Source: Vicugna vicugna (Eukaryota). From it: a stretch of DNA of 64,000 bases. Shown one piece after another: positions 10,555-19,066 of the stretch. The DNA lies in NCBI GenBank assembly GCA_013265495.1, contig MU063790.1, positions 4,402,001-4,466,000 of the forward strand, written 5' to 3'. Made by a program: the position numbers and the translations under genes. Under the pieces are notes generated by a model. That model worked only from the letters and a program-made list of their open reading frames with translations, had not been told where the DNA came from and did not search any database. The number at the start of each line of letters is the position of its first letter. Position 1 is the stretch's first letter.

Positions 10555-12240
10555 TTTCATTCATTAAAATGAACATTTATTGAGCACTTCTTATGTGCCA
10601 TGTTAAGGCACTAGGGATACAGCGGTGAATAAAACTGACCAAAAAATCCCTGGCCTCGTGGAGCTGACATTCTAGCAGAGAAGTAAATGCTGGAGGGTGG
10701 TAAGTCCTATAGAACAAAATGAGGGGGGAAATATCAAGTTTGATCTGAGAAGTTAACGTCTGGACAAAGACTTGAAGGTGAGGGGACAAGGTACCAGGAT
10801 TTCAGAAGGAAGACCATTCTGGGCCAAGGAGCAGTGTGTGCAAACGTCCTGAGGCAGGAGGAGGACTGGCAGGTTCAAAAGGCAGTAAGGAGGCCACTGT
10901 GGCTGGAGCAGAATGAGCAAGGAGGAGCCAAGGTCTGGAGGTAATGGAGCCAAGGTTGGGGCCAGAGCAGGGAGGGCCTTGGAGGCCATTTTGGCTTTTA
11001 CTCTGAGATAAGGAGCCGCTGGAAGGTGTGAGGCAGAGAAATGACATGATCTAACATATTTTAACATGATCACCCTGGTTTCTGTACTGAGAAATGAACT
11101 GTCTATCACTGGGTCCAGGGTAGAACTAAGGAGACATGTTAGGAGCTCATTGTGATGATCCTGGTGAGAACTGAAGGTGCCTCAGACCACGGTGTTAGCA
11201 GTGGGGGTGGTGAGAAGGCAGAGCTAGCAGGATTTCAAGAGGAGAGGAGGCTTTATAGAGGCCACTACCACCACTGGGAACCACCTCTCACTGCCTAGCC
11301 ATGGTCAACCCCACTGTGTTCTTCAACATTGTTGGTGAGCTCCTGGGCTGCTTCTCCTTCGGGCTGTGTGTAGACAAAGTTCCAAAGACAGCAGAAAACT
11401 TGCATGATCTGAGCACTGGGGAGAAAGGATTTGGTTATGAGTGTCCTGCTTTCACAGAATTATTCCAGGATTTATGTGCCAGGGTGGTGACTTCACATAC
11501 CATCATAGCATGGGCAGCGTCCATCCACAGGGAGAAATTCGATGAGAATTTCACCCTGAAGCGCACGGGTCCTGGCATCTTGTCGGTGGCAAATGCTGGA
11601 CCCAGCACAAGCAGTTGCCTGTTTCTCATCAGCGCTGCCAAGACTGAGTAGCTGCACGGCAAGCATGTGGTCTTTGGCAAAGTGAAAAAGGGCATGAACC
11701 GTGAGGCAGTCTTGGAGCACTTTGGTTCCAGGAATGGCAAGACCAGTAAGAAGCTCACCATTGCTGTCTGTGGACAACTCTAAGAAATCTGACTTGTGTT
11801 TTATCTTAAACGTCAGCCCATTTCTTCTATAGCTCAGGACAGTACCCCTCATCCTCACCTGTTCATGGCATCCTGTAATCTTTGTGCTCCTGCTGCAAGT
11901 CCTTGGGTTCCATATTTTCCTTTCCTCCCTCCAAGTGGAGCTGGATTGCAGATTTGTTTATGATTATGAAATAAAAGCTAAACAACAAAGGAGAGAGACA
12001 GAGACAGAGCAATTGAGGTTGATGTCAAAGTTTTGAGCCCAAATTACTGGAAGAATGGAAATGTCATCATCCAAAATAGAGAAAACTTTGGGGTCGGGGG
12101 AGCTTTCTTGGGGGCAGGTCAGGAGATCAGTTTTAGACGTGCTGCATTTGAGATCCAGGTACAGGTGTCAAGTAGGAGTTGAATACATGAGCCTGGGATT
12201 CAGAGGTCCCGTCTGGGCTGGAGATCGAAGCTTGGCATCC
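10555..12240 (-). mobile_element. L2 LINE interrupted by the PPIA retrocopy (segments ~10555-11245 and ~11990-12240)
   Basis: cattcattaaaatgaacatttattgagcacttcttatgtgcc start; L2-like sequence resumes after the retrocopy (gttttgagcccaaattactggaagaatgg). Confidence 0.6.
11250..11990 (+). pseudogene. PPIA: Processed cyclophilin A (PPIA) pseudogene
   Basis: Intronless. ATG at 11301 gives MVNPTVFFNI...KVPKTAEN...GEKGFGY. A frameshift at ~11442 is restored at ~11520. TAG at 11649-11651 replaces the Trp of KTEW. The native end GQL*TAA is at 11781-11783, followed by PPIA-like 3' UTR, AATAAA at 11970-11975 and an A-rich remnant. Confidence 0.93.
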
Positions 12241-13777
12241 CCTGTCCAGACCCAGAAGTCCTGGCCCCAAATCACACATTCCACCACCAGTTACCTGCAC
12301 GGCTAGTCAAAAATGCAGATTTCTGCCCACCCCCAACACCCCTGCTCAGGGTTCTGATTCAGTAAGCTGTGGGTGAGGACTGATTGTTTCTGAACAAAAC
12401 CACGTCAGATGATTCTGAGGAGCTGACAGGTTTGGGAACTGCTGCTAAATTGACGTTCAGTAAAATTGACTTTGATGATTTTTCACAAGTGTAAACAGTC
12501 ATGTCACTACCACAACAATGAAGATATGGAATACATATACACCTCCCCAAAAGTTCCCCTGTGCCACCCAGAAAGCACTGGAGAGCACTGCTCTGTTTGC
12601 TGTCCCTGTGGCTTTGCCTTTTCTAAACTGTCATATCAGTGGAATCACACAGTTTGTGGCCTTTTATGTCTGTCTTCTTTAATCCAGCATAATGTTTTAT
12701 CCGGAAGTTTTACTCAAAATTGAGCTTTAAAATCTCCCCTAATACTCCATACTAGTCTCTAATCTTAATACATGCTACAAAGAATGATTTATGAAACTTT
12801 CATCAAGACTTCCAAACATCCACCAATACCTACCAGACTGCTCAGGTGCTGTGTAAATATTTTGGTTTTCTCTGTATGCCCTGCTGTAAAAAAAAAAAGG
12901 TTGGGAAACCTTGCCCCGAGTCAAACCTACTGCTTGGGGGAGGCTTGGGGAACTACAGGGAAGTAAGAGTGGGGAAAGAGTCTGGAGCAAGAACCATGTC
13001 TACTCCTCCTCACTCTCCGTGGACTGCTTCTAATCTGCTCTGCCCACCCTCACCCCTCTGCTACCCATCAAGGTCAGTATAAATGTGTGCAAACCAAGAG
13101 ATGAGTTGCTTTGCTATGAGTAAGTGGTAGTAGCTTTGGCTGTTTGCGAGCTGTTTTGCCTTTTTGTCTCTCTTCCAGTTTCTTGGCCAAATTTAGAAGC
13201 TGGAGAAGAGCCCTCCCCGCAGACCTCGGTGTGGTCTTGCCAGCCCCGGCATGGGCCTTGGGGGCAGAGAAAACTGGTTTGAGTTGTCTCAGCCCTTTTT
13301 AGCTCTGTGACCTCAGGCAAGTGTCCTGATCTTTCTCTAGGCTCAGTTTTCTGGTCTGTAAAATGGGGTTACACTTGAGCCAACCCCCATGAATGTTGTG
13401 AGGATTCACTGAGCTAATGCAGGTGAGCACGGTGTCTGGATGCTGCATGGATGGTCGTTGCTATCACAATGACCCTCCAGACAATGACAGAGAATCAGTA
13501 TGGATTTGGGACATCTGCTTGAGTCAGAGGAAAGAGCAGGGCTCCAGGGAGGTCCTTCTCTCTGTAAAATGTCTGTTTCCCCCTCAGTGAAATGAAGGGG
13601 CATGACTAGATTTGCCCTCTAAGATCCCTCCCTGATGGCCTGGGAAGTGCTTCTCAAACTTTAGAGTGTATCTGAATCATCTGGAAAGCTTGTTAAACCA
13701 CAGATTGCCATCTACCCCCCACCCCCCCGTTTCTGATTCATTAAGTCTAGGGTGAGGCCTAAAGAATGTGCATTCCT

Positions 13778-14557
13778 TTTTTTTTTTAATGCATATAGTA
13801 GCATACTATGTTGTCATTTTTCCGTAGTGTTACCTTTAGGTTTCTACTGATTCTAAATGGTATCCTTTTTTTCTTTTTTCAGTTTTATTAGGTAGAATTA
13901 TTACAGCTTGACTGCACATATACATTATAGTGCATGTAAATACATATGTACAATATACTGCACATTTTTTTGTTTACATATATGTACTGATCATTGTTCT
14001 CAAGAACAGATTATAGCTTTAGCTTTTTAAACTTACATAGTTGTTAAAGGAATAAAGCCAACCACAAAATAAGAATCAACAGAATGCAGTAATCCAATCA
14101 TAAAGGACAGTCAGATGTGCTTACACATATTCAAGAAATCAATCATCTAAGTTATAAATCATAAATAGTTCATTTTGTGTCCTTTTTTTTTTTAGATTCC
14201 ACATATAAGTGATATCATGTGACATTTTTCTTTCTGTCTGATTTACTTCNNNNNNNNNNNNNNNNNNNNNNNNNNNNNNNNNNNNNNNNNNNNNNNNNNN
14301 NNNNNNNNNNNNNNNNNNNNNNNNNNNNNNNNNNNNNNNNNNNNNNNNNNNNNNNNNNNNNNNNNNNNNNNNNNNNNNNNNNNNNNNNNNNNNNNNNNNN
14401 NNNNNNNNNNNNNNNNNGAACATCAGGGTGCATGTATCTTTTTGGAATTTTATTTTTCTCCAGGTATATGCTCAGGAGTGGGATTGCTAGATCACATGGT
14501 AAGTCTATTTTTAATTTTTTAAGGAACCTCCATGCTGTCCTCCATTGTGGCTGCACC
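13778..14557 (-). mobile_element. TSD-flanked retroposon: 5'-truncated L1 fragment (~14160-14557) fused to ~380 nt non-L1 sequence plus poly(A)
   Basis: 16-bp TSD aagaatgtgcattcct (13762-13777) / aagaatgtgcgtttct (14558-14573); L1-endonuclease-type site TTCT|AA; T-run 13777-13787; L1-like agattccacatataagtgatatc and tggaattttatttttctccagg...gtggctgcacc. Confidence 0.8.
14250..14417. other. N-run 1 (168 nt), inside L1
   Basis: Directly seen. Confidence 0.99.
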
Positions 14558-15189
14558 AAGAATGTGCGTTTCTAACAATTTCCCTAGTGCTGCTGCAGGG
14601 ACCCCACTTTGAGAACCGCTGCTTTGGGCTACTATGGAAACCAGGACTCTCTTCTCAGTTGAGCCCTGCGTCCATCCAACCTCAGAGGCCCAGGGCCAGT
14701 AAGGGGCTGGCCAAAGGTCCAAGAGGAGCCAAGCCTTGAGAGGGCCTGGGAGAATTTTCTCTCCCTGCTGCACCCAGGACTTGAAATCTCTCAAGTCACC
14801 TGAAAGAAAAAGCCAGACCACTTTGGGGCACAGATTCCTCCTCCCAGGGGAAGTCTCATGGTGTTGCATCAGGGCCCTGGAGGAAGTGCTCCAGGATGGA
14901 AACAACTGGTAATTAGGCCCTTGAGCAAATGGAGAGGCTGTTCCTGAGTCTGAGGACCCGGGTGTCCTTCTGCTCTGAGTTTCACGCAGGGCTAGGGCCC
15001 AGCGCTGGAGCTGACAGCTCCTCCTTCACCTGTGGTTATTCCTAACTAACAAGAAAGGCCCATGTTCATCGCTGAAATTCAGAGAAACAGAATGAGGAAA
15101 ATAAAATCACCAGTGTTAATGTTTTAAGATTGTGTCTTCTGGTTAAAAATTTTAAAAAATCTTCCTTAAACTGGACAGTGGCTCCATCA

Positions 15190-15490
15190 GTGTTTATCAT
15201 ACATCTTTAAATGNNNNNNNNNNNNNNNNNNNNNNNNNNNNNNNNNNNNNNNNNNNNNNNNNNNNNNNNNNNNNNNNNNNNNNNNNNNNNNNNNNNNNNN
15301 NNNNNNNNNNNNNNNNNNNNNNNNNNNNNNNNNNNNNNNNNNNNNNNNNNNNNNNNNNNNNNNNNNNNNNNNNNNNNNTGTGACTTATGTCCTTATAAAT
15401 GGGGGAAATTTGGAGACAGACACAAATGGAGAAAACCATTTGTGGACTGGAATTCTGCTACCAAGGAACTACCAAAAGCTAGGAGCCTTC
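15190..15490 (+). mobile_element. MLT1-type (MaLR) LTR fragment, partly masked
   Basis: tgacttatgtccttataaatgggggaaatttggagacagacacaaatggagaaaacc resembles the MLT1 core; boundaries approximate. Confidence 0.55.
15214..15378. other. N-run 2 (165 nt)
   Basis: Directly seen. Confidence 0.99.
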
Positions 15491-16195
15491 CCCCAATACC
15501 TCTCTGTTCCCCTTCTTCTGAGATTTTCTTCCTCCTCCTCATCACTGGCCTCTAGTATGTGCACGAGTGTATATATGTGTATGTGTTGAGGGGGTATGGC
15601 CTCTCAGTCCTGCCCGTTCTTGGATTCTCCTTCACAAAAGCCCCAGAGAACTGCACTGGCAGGGAAGGACCCTCCTTAGATGGTGAGTAGGGAACAAAAC
15701 CACAGAGGCAAAATCCTTCAGTGGGTGGGGAGGGGAAAGCTTTAATCATCTCATCTGGTCACATTAAGGGTGGTTGACTGTGTCCGAGAGAAGGCATTGG
15801 AGAAGAACCAAGCTGGGTCTATAAGGAGCCCTGCACATGAGGTGGCACACGTATTTATGCTGTGTCAGGGTCATTTGCATCTTACCATATCATTCTGAAA
15901 ACCTCACTACTATCTGAATGACTGGACGAATTTTATTGGGAAAATGACTTTTCTCTTTGTGTCAGTGTTTCTGGATGAGTGCTTTGGCTCAGTAATAAGT
16001 CTGTGAGAACTTTTGTTGGAAAAAAAAGTGATTGGCTGAGGGTGCCTTGAAGACTTAGTGGGATGTGTTGGTCTGGTGTTCATCACACTGGGCTTAACAC
16101 ACAGTAGGGACTTAATAAATATCGGTTCATTGTATGTAGGAGCACTGAGAAATGATCAAAACTCTGCATTGGAAGTGTGCACTTTTATTTAATGA

Positions 16196-16320
16196 CTTTT
16201 TTTTTATTTTGGGGGGAGATAATTAAGTTTATTTATTCTTAGAGGAGGTACCAGGGATAGAACCTAGAACCTTCTGCTTGCTAAGCACGCGCTCTACCAC
16301 TTGAGCTATACCCACCTCCC
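16196..16320 (-). mobile_element. tRNA-Ala-derived SINE (Vic-1-like), copy 1
   Basis: Reverse complement reads GGGAGGTGGGTATAGCTCAAGTGGTAGAGCGCGTGCTTAGCAAG...GGTTCTATCCCTGGTACCTCC, then an AATAAA-containing tail and poly(A). Confidence 0.85.
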
Positions 16321-17379
16321 CTCTTTGCATTGGGGTGGAAAGAGACATTTTACAGAGATGTTTGACTTAAGCCTGGAAACAAGGTTATCTTGGGCAGCAA
16401 GAAAGACATCACTTCCTCTGAAGGAGAGGCACAAGGTGGGGGAAGTTAAAGATGAGGGAGAGTTGGGAGAAGGTGAAGGGAATTCCACTGGATGGCTTTA
16501 TTTTTTCCTACGAAAAAGGAGAGTTGGAATATGGGATGGAGAAGAGGCAAAAACCTGAAAAAGCCACTGTGGGGTGGGGAAGGGGTCCAGGGACAGAGAA
16601 AACAATTGCTGGGCAATATTGAGGGCTAAGCTAAGGGTGGAAGCAATGATTTGTGGATTTGATCTTTGCAGAGATTCAGGTGGTTTGGTTACAATAGGGA
16701 TTGGGGATCCATCATTTAGTCAACAGGGGAAAAAATGAGCTAGTCGGAGGAATGGAGGGCTCCCTCACACTGAGGAATGAATACTGTAAGCATTAGACGG
16801 TGAGCAGGAAGGCAGAAGAATGACTTCTGCTTGGAGAAGGGGGAGCTGGAATTTAAGATTTCAGGTGGACCTGGGGGTACATGGCTGAGGTGCGGGGAAG
16901 GTCACGGAGATGAGGATGTCAAGGAACTGAGTCTGGGCTGGCTCTGAGGATGTTAAAGTCTCCCAGAATCCATGGCGGCTCTGTGAGCCACGTGACAGAG
17001 CCCCACGATTGGTTGACAGTGAAGCATAGTTGAGAAGATGGCGACTCAGCAAGAACCTCATTAGAGTAGGTCTGTGTATATATAGCGACATACAGCGTGC
17101 AGGAGGCCAGTGAGGAGGGGACGCGGACCCTTCCTCCCACCTGGACAAAGACAGAGGGATATAGGACGGGGAAAGAGTCTTGAGTGGTGTAAAGAAGCGG
17201 GCTCCATGTCTGCACCAACAGGGGAGGAGAGACGGGGCTGGATTTTCAGAAGCAGCGCTCAGCTCCGGACACTATCTTGTTCTGTGACTCCTCTCTGAGC
17301 CCAGTGATCTAATACGTATCAGAGGGAGCGGATTAGATTTTGGGGGCTCCTTTGAGTTACGGGAACCGAGGAGGACCGA

Positions 17380-18860
17380 AGGAAGAGTAAAAATGGCGGA
17401 GGGGGAAAGCCAGGCCTTGAACAGCGAGGCAAGCTCGGGCCAGGTCCGTCAGTGGCGTCGTGCGTCTCCATGGCGACACGACTCGTGGCCCGGAAGTGGG
17501 CGGTGCCTTTGGCGGGGCGGGGCATCTCTGTGACGCCAGGGGCTGGGCCTAAATGGCGAAACCCGAGAGGCTCCCCGGGGGGTTTGAACTGGCCAATGGG
17601 CGAGCTGCCGATCGGGTGTCGAAAAAGGAGGCGGAAGCGGGGAGGAGTCGCCGCCGGGGCTGGACTGCATCCGCCGCGGCGTCTCCATGGCACGACCCTG
17701 GCCTCCGACTTCAACGACTTCATAAGGAGGCGTTTCTGGGCGCAGCCGTGTCGCTCCTGGTGAGAGGCTGCCGGCAGGCGGGATCCAGGACGCTCTCGGG
17801 CGTCCCGCGGCCGCCGCCGGGCCTGGTCCCCACGGGCGGGATGGCCCCCGCCGAGATCGCCGGGTCCCGCTGTCCCCCCGGGCCGCCCCCACCTGCACCC
17901 TCCGGCGCGCTCGTCCGGTTCCCGTCAGAATCTGGCCCCCTGCCCCGCCCACCGGCGCGGGCCTTCTCCTCCCGCTAACGGGCGGGCCGGCCGCCTCTCT
18001 CCTCACCTGGCCACCGGCAGGGCTCTGCTCCCTCCTCTGCTGCCCTCCGGCAGGGCTTCGCCCTTCTCTCTATGGGCAGAAACTGGGCCCCTCCTGCCCG
18101 CTGGTGGGTGGTCGTCCCGCCTCTCTGCGGACGGAGACTGGCCCTGCGCCCTCTTGCCCGCCGGTGGGCGTCGCCCCGTCCCCCTCGCCCTCCCAGCGGG
18201 CCTCAGCCCGGCAGTTATTTGCCCGCTCCTCGTAGGCAGCGCTGTCCCCGGGGACCGCCCCCGGGCCGCCCGACCCGACTAGGCTCACCGGACCAGCAGG
18301 CCTCCTGGGCGTCCCGCCCTTCTCCCTGCACTACCCGGCGTCTAACCTGCTCTAACTCAGATAGTAAATCCCAGCGGCCGCTGCTGCGCCTGGGAGGATT
18401 TTCCCTCAGCGGACAGGGCACCCACTCGCTGCCTAGCTTCCCTTTCCCCCTGCAGCCTCCGCTCCTCCCTCCTTCAAATACTATTGGTCCTCTTGGGTAT
18501 CTATTCTGCCGGAAACGCCCCTTCTCCTAGGAGACAGTTGCCCTGGCCCCGCCCCGAATATCCCTCCAGCTCTGTGTGCCTGTTCCGGCCCTCCGGGGCC
18601 CAATTGGGGCCTAGCGGTTCTCTCCCGCCCTCCTCGCATGCCAACCAGCAACTCAGGTTTCCCCTCTGGTGGCCACCCACCTTCCCTCCCTTTGTGGGGC
18701 CTGGGAGTGGTGGTCTTTTCCGTCGAAGTTCCGCCCCCCCGTCCCTCCCTGGGGAGGGGAGCTCCTACCGCCCCGCCCACCCGCCTCCCCGCAGGTCGCT
18801 CAGCCTCTCCTATCTCCCAACACTTTGGCAGGACAGTTGCTGTGCGACTTGGACAGTAGA
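17380..18860 (+). promoter_or_regulatory. ODF2: ODF2 CpG-island promoter / first-exon region
   Basis: Dense CpG. YY1-like AAAATGGCGG 17390-17399, X-box-like GTCTCCATGGCGAC 17464-17477, ETS CCGGAAGT 17490-17497, GC box 17514-17523, CCAAT 17593-17597, donor CTG|gtgaga at 17759/17760. Confidence 0.85.
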
Positions 18861-19034
18861 GGAGCGCCTCCCAAGTTTTCATCCAACTGCCAGCCCCAAA
18901 GCTTCCACCCTCCTCCCCTCAGAGAGGACGTTTGATGCCGGGCCCCTGAGATTCTCATTGACAAGCCCCTCTGGGTCCCCCTGAGCAGAGCCTGCTGACC
19001 CAATTGCCCACCTTTGTGGCTTTGATGCCTAGCC

Positions 19035-19066
19035 ATGTCTGCCTCATCCTCAGGCGGCTCCCCCAG
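19035..19066 (+). CDS. ODF2: ODF2 start-codon exon (exon 18923-19066)
   Basis: agccATGTCTGCCTCATCCTCAGGCGGCTCCCCCAG|gtacta = MSASSSGGSPR; acceptor cccctcag| at 18922. Confidence 0.9.

Larger units (their letters stand above)
13645..14621. mobile_element. MER5A (hAT-Charlie MITE) split by a younger retroposon insertion
   Basis: Left part agtgcttctcaaactttagagtg...aagaatgtgca (13645-13777); right part continues tttctaacaatttcc...ccactttgagaaccgctg (14558-14621). Confidence 0.75.

Noticed and set aside
14183-14193. T-run that looks like an L1 poly(A) tail (would make this a simple 3' transduction)
   Set aside because: It lies inside the L1 consensus context (...gtgtc TTTT agattccacat), so it is internal to L1 and not a tail
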